Positions 36,905-49,984 of a stretch of 64,000 nucleotides of DNA are shown here, one piece after another. Position numbers and translations under genes: made by a program. Origin of the DNA: Squalus acanthias (taxonomy: Eukaryota); the NCBI GenBank assembly GCA_030390025.1, contig JASTWF010000033.1, positions 5,768,001 to 5,832,000 of the forward strand. Direction: 5' to 3'. The notes beneath the pieces were generated by a model that had not been told where the DNA came from, made no database searches, and saw nothing but the letters and a program-made list of their open reading frames with translations. The stretch's first letter is position 1. Every line of letters starts with the position of its first letter.

Positions 36905-39872
36905 AACTATGTCTCTCTGTCTCTGTCTCTGTTTCGCTGTCTAAATCTGGCTCTCAGACTGAGTCTTGTCTGTCTGTATCTGTCTGTCTGTCTGCATCTT
37001 TGTCTGTATCTGTCGGTCTGACCGTCTCTTTCTCTGTGTATGTTGGTCTATCTCTGTCTGGTTGCCTGAGTCTCTGTCTGTCTATTTCCATGTCTGTCTC
37101 TCACTATTTGGAGTTATTTCTCTTTCTCTCTCTCTATCACTGGTTCTCTAGCTCTGTTGTCTCTCTCAGTCTGAATCTGGCACTGCCTGTCTGTCTCTAC
37201 ATGTCTGTCCCTGTCTGTCTGTCCGTGTCTGCGTGTCTGTTTCTATTGGTCTGTCACTGTCCGTCTTTGTCTCTGTCACTGTCCGTCTGTGCCCCCGTCT
37301 GAACGTGTCTCTGTCAGCCTATCTTTTTCTCTGAGTTTGATTCCCTGTCTGTGTCTGTCTATCTCGGTGTCTCTCTCTGGCTCTGTCTTTCTTCGTCATT
37401 CAGTTTCAGTTTCTGCCGCTGTCTTTGTCTGCTGTGTGCCTGTCTTAGTCTGTATGTCTATCTCTGTGTCTCTCTGTCCGTCTCTGTCATTCTTTGTCTC
37501 TCTCACTCTCTCTCTCTTTGTCAGTTGTTGTTGCTGCCTTTGTCTCTATCCGTCTGCATCCCTTTTTACTTTCTGACTGTCTGTCTCCCATCTATTTCAT
37601 TTTCTGTGTCTACCTCTGTCTGGCTGTACCAATCTGAGTCTATTCCTCTGTCTGTCCGTCTGTGCTCTGCCTGTCTGCTTTTGTCTGTCTCTGTCTATCT
37701 GTCTGTCTCTGTATGTCTATTTCCATATCTCTGTCTATGTATCTCTCTCTGTCTGGCTCTGCATGTCTTTCTGTCTCTCTCTGTCTTTCCTTGTTGCTGT
37801 CTGACTGTCTGAGTCTGTCTGTGTCCCTGTCTGTCTGTGTCTCTGTCTGCCTGTTTGTCTGTCTGCATATTTCTGTCTGTTTGTTGGTCTCTCTCTGTCC
37901 ATCTGTGTCTCGTTTTCTGTCTGTCTGTCTCATTCTGTCTACGTTTCTCTGTCTCTCTCTGTTCTCTCTCTCTCTCTCTCTCTCTCTGTCAGTTTCTGTC
38001 GCAGTCTGTGTCTCTGCCCGTCTGTGTCAGTATCTCTGTCATTCTGTCTATCTGACTGTTTCTTACCCTGCCTAGCTCTGTCTGTTTCTTTTTCACTCTC
38101 TGTCTCTCTGTCTGTCTCTCTGTCTGTCTCTCTGTTTCTCTCTATCTGTCTGGATCTGTTCGCCCATGTCTCTGTCTCTGTCTCTCTCTTTGTCTCTCTC
38201 TCTCTCTGTTTCCCTCCATGTGTTGCCTCTGTTAGTCTGAGCCTGTCCCTGCCTGTTTGTCTGTCTCTGCATGTCTGTCCCTGGCTGTCTGTCCATGTCT
38301 GTCTGTCTGTTTCTGTTGGTCTGCCACTGTACGTCTGTGTCTCTGTTTGTCTATCTCCCCCTCTCTGTCTCTCGCTGTCCTTCTCTTTCTGGCGCTGTCT
38401 GTAATTGTGTCTGTCTCTCTCTGTGTCTCTGTTGCTATCAGTCTGTCTCTGTCTGTCTATGCCCCCTTTGGAATGGATCTCTGTCTGCCTGTCTGTATCT
38501 GTCTGTCTGTCCCTTCACCTAAATCTGAACTCTGCCTGTGTCTCTGTGTTTGTTTCTCTGTCTATGTCTGTTTGTCCCAGTCTCTCTGTCGGGCTGTATT
38601 TCTCTGTCCCTCTCTCTGGCTGTCTGTCTTTGGCTTTCACTCTGTCTGTTTCTGTCGCTGTCTTTGACTGCTGTCTGTCAGTGTGTCAGTCTGTCTGTCT
38701 ATGACTGTCACTATTTCTGTCTGTATCTGTCTCCCTCTCTCCTGCTCTGTCTGTCGTTGTCTCTCTCTCTCTGTCAGTTTCTGTTACTATCTGTTTCTCT
38801 GTCCATCTGCCTCTCTCTCTCTCTGTCAGTTTCTGTTACTATCTGTTTCTCTGTCCATCTGCCTCTCTCTCTCTCTGTCTGTCTCTTTCTCTGTGTGTAC
38901 CTCTGTCTGGCTGTGTCACTCTGAGTCGATTGCTCTTTCTGCCTCTCTATCTCTGTCTGTCTCTGTCTTTCTGTATCTGCCGTTCTCTCTGTATGTATCT
39001 CTCTCTCTGCCTACGTCCGTCTGACTATCTCAGTCTGTCTGTCACTGCCTGTCTGCATCTCTCTCTTTGTTTGTCTCTATCTGTCTCTATCTCTTTGCCA
39101 GTCTCTGTCTCTAAGTTTTTCTCTCTCTCTCTGTCACTCTGTCTGTATGTCTGTCCGTGACTCTGACTGTGCCTCTCCCTCTGTCTCTGCATATCTCTGT
39201 CTGTCGACGTTTCTGTATCCTTCTGTATGTCACTCTTTCTCCCTCTCTGTCTGTCTGATTTTGTTTGTTGGTTTATACTGTCTATCACTTTCCGTTTGTG
39301 TCTCTGTCTGTCTTTCTGCCTCTTTGTGTTTCTCTATCTCTGTCTGTCTGAGTCTTCCATTCTCTGGCTGTCCCCATCGCTGTCAATCTGTCTCTGCCTG
39401 TCTGTCTGTTTCTCTGTCTGTCTGTCTCTCTGTGTCTCTATCTTGGCCTCATTTTCTGTCTCTGTATATCTCTGTATGTCTCTGCCTCCGTCTCTCTGCT
39501 TGTGTCTCTGGCTTTGTCTGTCTATCTGTCTCTGTCTGTTTTTCTGTCTCTGTCTGATTGTCTGTCGCAGTCTGCCTCAGTCTCCTTCTGCCTCATTATC
39601 TGTCACTTTCTTTCAGGCTCAGTTTTCCACTGTCTCAGTCTTTCTTTGTCTGTCCGTCTCTGTCTCTCGGCCTGTCTCTTTCAGATTGGCTCTCTCTGTC
39701 TGTCTGTCTCTGACTGTCTCTGACTGTCTCTATTTCTGTCTATCTCTGTCTCCCTCTCTCCGGCTCTGTTCTCAGTGTGTCTCTCTCTGTGTCAGTTTCT
39801 ATTGCTGTCTGTGTCTCGGACGGTTTGCGTCCCTCTGTCTGTTTGTCTGTCTGTCTGTCTCTTTCTTTGTGC
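36905..39872. repeat. Degenerate (TCTG/TC)n pyrimidine-rich tract
   Basis: Read directly; Leu/Ser/Cys/Val low-complexity ORFs. Confidence 0.92.
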
Positions 39873-42203
39873 CTACCGATGGCCTTGTCATAACCAACAC
39901 ATTGTTCCGTCAGAGGGACAAGTACAAGGCTTCATGGCAACATTCCCGCTCCAAGCACTGGCATCTGCTGGACGACATCTTCATTCGAGCGAGGGCATGA
40001 AAAGACGTCCGCATCACACGTGCCATGACTGGAGCTGACGTCTGCTGGACCGACCACCGCCTAATCCGCTCTGTCATTTCCATCAATGCCGCAGGAAAAT
40101 CAATGCTGGAGCACACAAAGACCATGCTAAGAATGCCCTATTCAGCCTGCGCCTCACAACCAACCTGGCGACTCCCAGTGATCCAGAGTCTCAGAGTGCC
40201 CACATCGCCTGGTCTGCACTCAAGGTCTCCATAATCAGCACCTGTGAACAGACGCTCGGTCACTCGACCAGGAAACACCAAGACTGGTTCGACGAGAATG
40301 ACCAGGAGATCCAGGAGCTAATAAGCCGGAAGCGCACGCCATTCCTGATCAGGAAACAGCAACAGAACTCGAGAGAAAGAAAGAAGCTCTACAGGCGCCT
40401 GAAGGTCGAGGTCCAAAAAAACTTGCGACCTAAAGAACAGATGACGTGTGGAGAAAGCGCAGGAGGTCCAGCAGCTAGCCGCAACCACGACATGCTTGGA
40501 TTCTTTAGCGCAGTCAAGAACACCTCCGGCCCATGCACCCAAGTTCCTTTCCCATTGCGGGTCAAGAACGGAGAGGTACTCATCAAGGACAGAGAGGCAG
40601 TCAGTGCCCGCTGGAAGGAACACTTCGAAGATCTCATAAACCGAGACTCTGTCTTCAACGCGAGTGTGCGCAAATCCATTCCGCAGCATTCTACTCGCCA
40701 CCACCTCAGTACAACCCCAGCCCGACATGAGGTTGAAAACGCTATCCGACAACCGAAGAACAACAAGACCTCAGGATCCGATGGAATCCCCGTCGAGGCA
40801 CTAAAGCATGGCGAAGAAGCAGTATTGACGTGAATACATGAACTAATTTCGCTTATCTGGAAGGAGGAGAGCATGCCAGGGGATCACAGAGACGCCATAA
40901 TCTTGACCTTTTTAAAGAAAGGTGACAATTCCGATTGTGGTAATTACAGAGGAGTTTCCCTGCTGTCTCCCACAGGGAAAGTCATCGCAAGAATCCTCAT
41001 CAATTGCCTTCTCCCAGTGGATGAAGAGCTCCTCCCAGAGTTACAATGCGGAATCCGCCCACTAAGGGGCACAATGGACATGATCTTCACCGCACGTCAA
41101 CTACAAGAGAAATGCGGGGAACAGCACCACCCGCTGAACATGGCCTTCTTTGACCTCACAAAGGCCTTCGACACTGTCAACCGTGAGGGATTACGGAGTG
41201 TCCTCCTCAAATTCGGCAGCCTTCAAGAGATTGTCATCATCCTGCGCCTGCTTCACAACGACATGCAAGCCGTGATCCTGACCAACGGATCCACCACAGA
41301 CCCAATAAACGTATGGACCGGTGCCAAGCAAGGCTGTGTCATCGCACCAACGCTCTTCTCGATCTTCCTGGCTGCAATGCTCCATCTCACTCTTAGCAAG
41401 CTCCCCGCTGGAGTGGAGCTAATGTACAGAACAAACGGGAAACTGTTCAACCTCCGTCGCGTCGCCTCCAGTCCAGATCCAAGTTCGTTCCATCCTCTGT
41501 CATCGAATTACAGTATGCAGACAACGCTTTGTCTGCGCACACTCGGAGTTCGAACTCCAAACCATCGTCAACACCTTCACCGAAGCGTACGAGAGCATGG
41601 GCCTTACACTAAACATCCTTAAGACAAAGGTCCTCTACCGACCTGCCCTGACACACAGTACTGCCCCCCGATTATCAAAATCCACGACGAGGCCTTGGAC
41701 AACGTGGACCACTTTCCGTACCTCGGGAGCCTACTGTCAACAAGGGCAGACGTCGATGACGTAGTCCAACACCGCACTCATTGTGCCAGTGCAGCCTTCG
41801 GTCGCCTGAGGAAGAGAGTGTTTGAAGACCAGGACCTCAAACCTGGGACCAAGCTCATGGTCTACAGGGCAGTGGTGATTCTCGCCCTCCTGTATGCTTC
41901 AGAGATATGCACCATGCACAGCAGGCAACTGAACGCACTGGAGAGGTACCACCAACGCTGCCTCCGGAAGGCGCCGAACACATCGAGTCCCTTCGCCGGG
42001 AGTAAGCGGAAGCCAAGCGCAAATAGCGGTAGGAGCGCACGTCAACCAAAGCACCCCACCCTCCCGCCCCTTCAACCACCGTCTGCCCCTCCTGTGACAG
42101 AGACTGCAGGTCCCGCATTGGACTCATCAGTCACCTGAGAACTCATCTTTAGTGTGGGAGCAAGTCATCCTCGGTTCCGAGGGACTGCCTAAGAAGAGAA
42201 GAC
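39873..42203 (+). mobile_element. RTE-clade LINE, 5'-truncated and decayed
   Basis: LVITNTLF...SWQHSRSKHWHLLD; WTDHRL; KKGDNSDCGNYRGVSLLS; FFDLTKAFDTVNR; KQGCVIAPTLF; FPYLGS; short AAG-type tail. Confidence 0.92.
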
Positions 42204-42910
42204 TCTACCTCTGTCTGGCTCTGTCAGCCTGAGTCTATTTATTTTTCTACCTCTCTCTCTCTGTCTGTCGCTTCATTCTATGTATCTGTCTCTCTGTCCA
42301 TGTCCGTCTGACTACCTCAGTCTGTCTGTCATTGCCTGCCTGTTTCTGTCACTTTGTTCTGTCTCTGTCACTTAGTTTGTCTCTGTCTGCCTCTATCTCT
42401 CTGCCTGTGTGTCTAGCTCTGTCTCGCTGTCTCTGTCTGTCTGTCTTTGTCTGTTTCTCTGTCTCACTGTCTATGCCTCTTCATCTGTCTCTGTATATCT
42501 CTGTCTGTCGCTGTCTGTTTCTCTGGCTGTCTGTCTGTTTGTCTGTGTCTCTGTCTTGGCCTCGCTCTCTGTCTCTCCATATCTATGTATCTATCTGCCT
42601 CTGTCTGTCTGTATCACTGCCTGCGTCTCCGAATTTACAAGTCTATCTGTCTCCGTCGGTTTATCGACATCTTTCTGATTGTCTGTCTAATTCTGCCTCA
42701 TTCTCCGTCAGTCTCATTCAGTCACGTCAACAGTCTTCCGCTATCTGTCTCTTCTGTTAGTCTCAGTCAGCCTCTGTCTGACATAATCTGTCTATATCTC
42801 TTTGTCGGTTTCTTTTTGCGTGTGTTTCTCTGTCTGTCTGTCTGCCTCTGTCTGTCTGCCTCTGTCTGTCTGACTCTGTCTGTCTGTCTTTCCGTCTATT
42901 TCTGTGTTTC

Positions 42911-42941
<31 letters not shown>

Positions 42942-43075
42942 GTGTGAGACAGACAGAGACAGGCAGACGGAGAAAGACATAGAAACAGACAGACTGTGCC
43001 AGACAAACAGACAGAGACAGACACGCAGAAGGAGACTGACAGAGAGAAACAGAAATACTGTGCCTGACAGAGGCA
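42204..43075. repeat. Degenerate (TCTG)n tract ending in a (TG)n run and a short inverted (AGAC)n segment
   Basis: Read directly; strand polarity flips at ~42945. Confidence 0.88.
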
Positions 43076-44700
43076 GACTGAGAGAGGAAGTATTACGGGA
43101 CTTACCAGCTTTGAAAGTAGATAAGTCCCTAGGCCCGGATGAAATGTATCCCAGGTTATTAAGAGCAGCAAAATAGGAAATAGCAGAGGCTTTTACCATC
43201 ATTTTCTAATCCTATCTGGCTACAGGTGTGGTGCCGGAGAACAGGAGGACTGCTAACGTTCCACCTTTGTTTAAAAAGGGAGAAAGGGATAGACCGAGTA
43301 ATTACAGACCAGTCAGTCTAACCTGGGTGGTGGGAAAATTATTGAAAAATGTTCTGAGGGACCGGATAAATCTTCATTCAGAAAGACACGGATTAATCAA
43401 GGATAGTCAGCACGGATTTGTTAAGGGAAGATCGTCTCTGATTAACTTGATTGAATTTTTTGTGTAGGTGACAAGGAGGGTCGATGAGGGTAGTGCGTTT
43501 GCTGTAGTGTATATGGATTTTAGCAAGGCTTTTGATAAGGTCCCACATGGCAGACTGGTCACGTAAGTAAAAGCCCATGGGGTCCAGGGCAAAGTGTCAA
43601 GTTATATTCAAAACTGGCTCGGAGACAGGAAGCAGAATGTAACTGGTTAATGGGTGTTTTTGTGACTGGAAGGCTGTTTCCATTGGGGTTCCGCAGGGCT
43701 CAATACTAGGTCCCTTGCTTTCGTGTTATATATCAGTCATCTAGACTTGAATATAGGGGGCATGATTAAGAAGTTTGCAGCTGATACTAAAATCAGCTGT
43801 GTGGCTGACACTGCAGAAGGAAGCTGTAGACTGCAGAAAGATATCAATAAATTGGTCAGGTGGGCAGAACAGTGGCAAATGGTATTCAATCGGGAGAAGT
43901 GTGAGGTAATTCATTTGGGGAGGGCTAACAAGGCAAGGGAATACACATTAAATGGCAGGACACTGAAAAGTGTAGAGGAATAAAGGGATCAGGGAGTGCA
44001 TGTCCAAAGATTCCTAAAGGTAGCAGGCCTGGTAGATAAGGTGTTTAAGAAGGCATACGGAATGTTTCCCTTTATTAGCCGTGGCATAGAATTCAAGATC
44101 AGCGTTGTTATGCTTCAACTGTATAAAACACTAGTTAGGCCTCAGCTAGAGTACTGCGTGCAGTCCTGGTCACCACATTGCAGGAAATATATGATTGCAC
44201 TAGAGAGGGTACAGAGGAGATTTACAAGGATGTTGCCGGGAGTAGAGAATCTTAGCTGTGAGGAAAGACTAGAAAAGGTAGGATTTGTTTTCCTTGGGGC
44301 AGAGGAGGTTGAGGGGAGACCTTATTGAGGTGTATAAAATTATGAGGGGCCTAGATAGAGTGGACAGGAAGGGTCTATTTCCCTTAGCAGAGGGGTCAAA
44401 AACCAGGGTGCACAGATTTAAAACAATTGGTGGAAGGTTTAGAGGCGATTTCAAGGGGAAATGTCTTCACCCACAGGATTGTGAGGGTCTGGAACTCACT
44501 GCCTGAAAGGATGTTAGAGGCAGGAACCCTCATCACATTTAAAAAGTGCTTGGATGTGCACTTGAAGTGCCGTAATCAACAGGGCTACGGACCAACCGCT
44601 AGAAAGTGGAATTAGGCTGGATAGCTCTTTTTCGGCAGGCGCGGACAGGATGGGCCGAAATGTAAATTTCTATGATTATATTTCTATGATGCTATGTATG
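43076..44700 (+). mobile_element. CR1 LINE, 5'-truncated
   Basis: LKVDKSLGPD; PLFKKG...NYRPVSLT; KFAADTK; RPQLEYCVQ; TTCTATGA-type tail. Confidence 0.93.
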
Positions 44701-46176
44701 TGTGTCCCTGTGTGTCTCTCTGTGTCTGAATTTGTTGTTCAGTTTCTGTCTGTCTCTGTCAGTCTTTCACTCTCCGCCTGTACTCTGCCTGTCTGAGTCT
44801 GTCTGTCTCAGTTCATCTGACTCTCTCTGTATGTCTATTTCCATCTGTCTGCCTCTCTCTGTTGCTGTCTCTCCCTCTCTGTCTGGCCCTGTTGGTCTAT
44901 CTTTCTCCCTCTGTCTGTCCTTGTTGCTGTCTCTCTGTCTCAGTCTGGCTGTGTCCCTATCTGTCTATGTATCTATCTGTCTGTTTGTCTGACCATATAT
45001 TTCTGTCTGTCTGTTGGACTCTCTCTGTCCATCTGTGTTTCTTTCTCTGTCTATCTGTTCATTCTGTCTATGTGTCTGTGACTCTGTCTGTCCCTCTCTC
45101 TCTGTCAGTTTCTATCGCTGTCTCTGTCTCTGTCCGTCTGTGTCCCTGTCTTTGTCATTCTTTCTCTATCTGCCTGTTTCCTTCTCTGCCTACCTCTTTC
45201 TGTTTCTTTGCCTCTCTGTTTGTCTGTCTATAACTCTCTGTATTTCTGTCTGTATCTGTCTGCCTCTCTATTTGTGTCTCTCTGATTGTCTCTCTGTTTC
45301 TCTCTGTCTGTCTTTATCTTTTCTAATATGTCTGTGTCTCTGTCTCTATCTGTCTCCCTCTCTGGTTCTCTCCATCTGTTGTCTCTGTCTGTCTGAGTCT
45401 GTCCCTGCCTATCTTCCTGTCTCTGCATATCTCTCCCTGGCTGTCTGTCCATGTCTGTGTCTCTGTCTGTCTATCTCCCCCTGTCTTTCTCCCACTGTCC
45501 CTCTCTATGTGGCTCTTTCTGTCTTTGTGACTCTATCTGTTTGTCTCTGTTGCTGCCTGTCTGTCCCCGTCTGTCTATTTCCCTGTCTTAATTTATGTCT
45601 GTCGCCTGTCGGTATCTGTCTGTCAGTCTGTCCATCTGAATCTGTGTCTCTGTCTGTGTCTCTGTGTTTGTTTCTCTGTCTATGTTTGTCTGTCTCTGTC
45701 TCTATGTCGAGCTGACTTTCTCTCTCCCTCTCTCTGGCTCTGTCTGTCTTTGTCTTTCACTCTGTCAGTTTCTGTCGCTGTATTTGTCTGCTGTCTGCCT
45801 GTCTCAGTCTGTCTGTCTGTGACTGTCTCTATTTCTGTTTGTCTCTGGCTCCCTCTCTCCGGCTCTGTCTATCTTTGTATCTCTCTCTCTCACTTTCTGT
45901 ATCAGTTTCTGTTGCTGAATGTGTCGCCTTCCGTCTGTGTGTCTCCCTCTCTTTGTCTGTCTGATTCTCTGTGTCTACCTCTGTCTGTCTCTGTCTGTCG
46001 GAGTCTATTTCTCTTTCTGCTTCTCTATCTCTGTCTTTCTGTGTCTCTGTCTGCCGGTCTCTCTGTATGTATCTGTCTCTCTGGCTATATCCGTCTGAGT
46101 ATCTCAGTCTGTCTGTCACTGCCAGTCTGTCTCTGTCTCTTTGTTTGGATCTGTCTGTCTCTAACTCTCTGCCTGT
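44701..46176. repeat. Degenerate (TCTG)n tract, paralogous to ~37700-39120
   Basis: Collinear shared non-simple anchors such as CCTTGTTGCTGTCT, GTTGG.CTCTCTCTGTCCATCTGTGT and CTTTCACTCTGTC. Confidence 0.85.
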
Positions 46177-48015
46177 CTTTTTAAACTCGTTTCTGGGATG
46201 TGGGCGTCGCTGGCAAGGCCAGCATTTATTGCCCATTCCTAATTGCAATTGAGAAGGTGGTGCTGAGCCACCTTCTTGAACCGCTTCAGTCCGTGTGGTG
46301 AAAGTATTCCCGCAGTGCTGTTACGGAGGGAGTTTGACCCAGCGACGATGAAGTATCTGCGATATACTTCTAAGTCAGGATGGTTTGTTAATTGGAAGGG
46401 CTCTTGGAGTTGCTGGTCTTACCATGCGTCTGCTGCCCTTGCCCTTCAAGGTGGAAGAGTTCACGGGTTTGAGAGGTGCTGCCAAAGACACCTTGGCGAG
46501 TTGCTGCAGTGCATCTTGTAGATGGTACACACTTTAGCCACGGTTGGCCGGTGGTGGAGGAAGTGAATGTTTGAAGTGATGGGTGGGGTGCCATAAAAGC
46601 GGGCTTCTTTGTCCTTGATGAGGTCGAGCTTCTTGAGTGTTGTTGGAGCTGCACTCATCCAGGCAAGTGGAGAGTATTCTATCACACTCCTTACCTCTGC
46701 CTTGTAGATGGTGGAAAGGATTTGGGGAGTCAGAATGTGACACACTCGCCGCAGAATACCTAGCCTCTGACCTGCTCTTGTTGCCACAGTACTTATGTGG
46801 TTGATCCAGTTAAGTTACTGGTGAATTGTGACCGCCAGGATTCGGCGATGGTATGCCGTTGAATGTCAAGGGACGTAGGTTCGACTCTCGCCTGTTGGAG
46901 ATAATCATTGCCCTGCATTTCTGTGGCGCGAATATCACCTGCCACTTATCAGCCCAAGCTTGAATGTCGTTCAGGTCTTGCTGAATTCGGGCATGGACTG
47001 CCTCATTATCCCTAGGGGCTGAGAATGGAACTGAACACTGTGAAATAATCAGTAAACATCCCCAATTCTGACCTTATGATGGAGGGAAGTTCATTGATGA
47101 AGCAGCTGAAGGTGGTTGGGCCGAATCACTTTCCTGAGGAACTCCTGCAGCGATGTCCTGTGCCTGAAATGATTGACCTCCATCAACCACAACCATCTTA
47201 CTTTGTGCTAGTTATGGCTCCAGCCAGTGGAGTGTTTTCCCCTTGATTCCCATTAACTTCAATATTGATAGGGCTCCTTGATGCCACACTCGGTCAAATT
47301 CTGTCTCTCTCACCTCACCTCTGGTATTAAGCTCTTTCGTCTATGTTTGGACCAAGGCTGTAATGAGGTCTGGAGCCGAGCGGTCCTGGCGGATCCTGAA
47401 CTGATCATTGGTGAGCATCTTATTGCTGTGCAAGTGCTGCTTGATAGCATTGTCGATGACACCTTCCATCACTTTGCTGATGATTGAGAATAGACTGATG
47501 GGGTGGTAATTGATCAGATTGGATTTGTCCTGCTTTTTATTGATATGACATATCTGGGCAGGTTTCCACATTGTCGGGTAGATGCCAGTTTTGTTGCTGT
47601 CCTGGATCAGCTAGGCTAGAGTCCCGGCTAGTTCTGGAGCACAAGTCTTCAGCACGACAGCCGGGATGTTGTCAGGGCCCATAGCCTTTGCTGCATCCAG
47701 TGCGCTCAGCCTTTTCCTGTTATCACGTGAAATGAATCGAATTGGCTGAAGACTGGCTTCTGTGATGGTGGGAACTCAGAAGGAGGCCGATATGGATCCT
47801 CCACTTTGGCACTTCCGATTGAAGATGGTTGTAAACGCATCAGACTTGTCTTTTGCATTCATTGAGGATGGGGATATTCCTGGAGCCTCCTCCTCCCATT
47901 AGTTATTTAATGGTCCACCACCATTCATGACTGGATGTGGCTTGAATGCAGAGCTTTGTTCTGATCCGTTGATTGTGGGATCCCTTTGCCCTGCCTATAG
48001 CAAGCTGCTTCCCCT
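46177..48015 (-). mobile_element. Non-LTR retrotransposon of the CR1/L2 group (a different family), 3' part
   Basis: MWKPAQICHINKKQDKSN..NYHPISLFSIISKVME; RAGQRLGILRRV..LSTIYKAEVRSVIEYSPLAW; AATAAA and A-rich end near 46180-46230. Confidence 0.85.
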
Positions 48016-49800
48016 GTTCAGCATGTTTGCTCCTCCATATCTTTCCCACTAGTTGGTGGCCTATAAAATACACCTAGTCGTGTAATGGCACCTCTATTAT
48101 TTATTACATCTAACCAAATAGATTCTGTCCTTGACCCCTCCAGGACATCCTCTCTCTCCAGCACTGTAACATTCTGCTGAATCAATACTACCACACCTCC
48201 AATTTCTTTCCTTCCCTTACTTTCCTGAACACCTTCTCCCCAGGAATAATTAGTACCCAATCCTGCCCTTTTTTGAGCCAGATCTTCGTTATCACCACGA
48301 CATCATATTTCCATGTGTCTATTTTCGCCTGCAGCTCACCAACCTAATTAACCACACTTCATGTATTTACCCACATGCACTCCAAACCTGTATTGTATTC
48401 TCTTAGTCTGACCCCACATAGGACCTTATTATTTATTACCCTTGTGCTATCCGTGTCTCCCAATTCTTTGTGCACCTTGTTTCTCCTTTCTAATGCTACA
48501 GCCTGGTGCCCACCCACTGCCAAATTAGTTGAAAACCTCCCCAACACTACGACCAACCCACCCCGTCCCCGGCAAGGCCATTGGTTGCTGCCCTGTTGAT
48601 GTGCAACCTGTCCGGACTGTACAGGTCCCACCTCCCCGAGAACCGGTCCCAATGTCCCCGGATTCTAAGGCACTCCCTCCTGCACCATCTCTCCAGCCAC
48701 ACATTTATCTGCTCTATCCTCCTATTTCTATACTCACCAGCACAGGCACCGGGAGTTATTCGAAGATTACTACCTTTGAGGTCCTGTTTTTAATCTCTTT
48801 CCCAGCTCCCTAAAATCTGCCTGCAGGTCGTCATCCCTCTTTCTACATATGTCATAGGTACCGATATGGACCACAACCTCTGGCTGTTCACCCTCCCCCC
48901 TCAGAATGTTCTTCAGCCGCTCAGTGACATTCTTGACACTGGCACCAGGGAGGCAACATACTATCCTGGATTCACGTAAGCGGCCGCAGAAACACGTGTC
49001 TATTTCCCTAACTAATTAATCCCCTATCACTCTTGCTTTCCTGATATTTCTCCTCGCCACTCCTCAAACACACTGTGCAGCTGTTCCACCGGTGGTGCTC
49101 TGGACTTGGCTCTGGCTTTACTCGCCACAATGCACCATCTTCCTCTCCAGTATTTAGAAATGAATACCGGTTAGAGAGTGAGATGCACTCAGGGGATTCC
49201 TGCTATACCTGCCTGGTCCTCCTTGTCTGTCTGGTGGTCACCCATTCCCTCTCTGCATGCACATTCTTAAGCTGCTGTGTGACCACCTCCTGAAACGTGC
49301 TATCCACGTCGCTCTCAGCCTCACGGATGCACCGCAGTGAAGTCAGTTGCTGCTCAAGCTCCGAAACCAACCCGGAGTTCGAGCTACTCCAGCTGACGAC
49401 ACCTCAGGACACGGGAAATGTGCGGGTTAGGTTGATTTGGCTATGATAAATTGACCCTTAGTGTTAGGGGTGGATTAAATACTTGGGGTTATGGGGATAG
49501 GATGGGATATGTTAGGGGGAATTAAATACGTGGGGTTACGGGGGTAGGGTGGGATATGTGTACTGTGGGGATTAAAGCAGGGACAGGGTACTGGATTTGG
49601 ATGATCAGCCATGATCCTATTGAATGGTGGAGCAGGCTCGACGGGCCGAATGGCCTACTCCTGCTCCTAGATTCTATGTTTCTATGTTTCTAAGAGTACT
49701 GGAGATCCCACATGGCACAAGATGTGCATTCCACGGGAATGAGGTGCCCTGCCATGCCTTTATTTAATAGACCATTACTAACTTAACAGAAATAAACTCA
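48016..49800 (-). mobile_element. CR1 LINE 5' part (ORF1 and start of endonuclease), decayed
   Basis: ORF1 start MAGHLIPVECTSCAMWDL at ~49755; esterase-region remnants; GGVVVLI...TESIWL...GVFYRPP. Confidence 0.85.
49412..49691 (+). mobile_element. HE1-like SINE 3' fragment joined to a CR1 3' tail, nested in the CR1 ORF1
   Basis: ATGTGCGGGTTAGGTTGATTTGGCTATGATAAATTGACCCTTAGTGT resembles the shark HE1 SINE (recognised from memory). 49575-49691 matches the CR1 tail at 22765-22881. Confidence 0.65.
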
Positions 49801-49984
49801 AGACTTTTAAACATATATTTAGAATTCGCATTGTTAAACTGTTCAAACAATCATGCGCAATCAGTTCTTGTTAGCCTGGTAACGACCTCTTGGTGTCTGG
49901 CAAGTGAAATCCCATGCACTGTGATTTTGTGGGAACACGAGATTACAGGACTTTGGACCAGAGAGGCGGTGGATGGGTCTGGCT

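Noticed and set aside
36905..46176. Cys/Leu/Ser/Val-rich and Arg/Gln/Thr/Asp-rich ORFs
   Set aside because: Artefacts of (TCTG)n low-complexity sequence.
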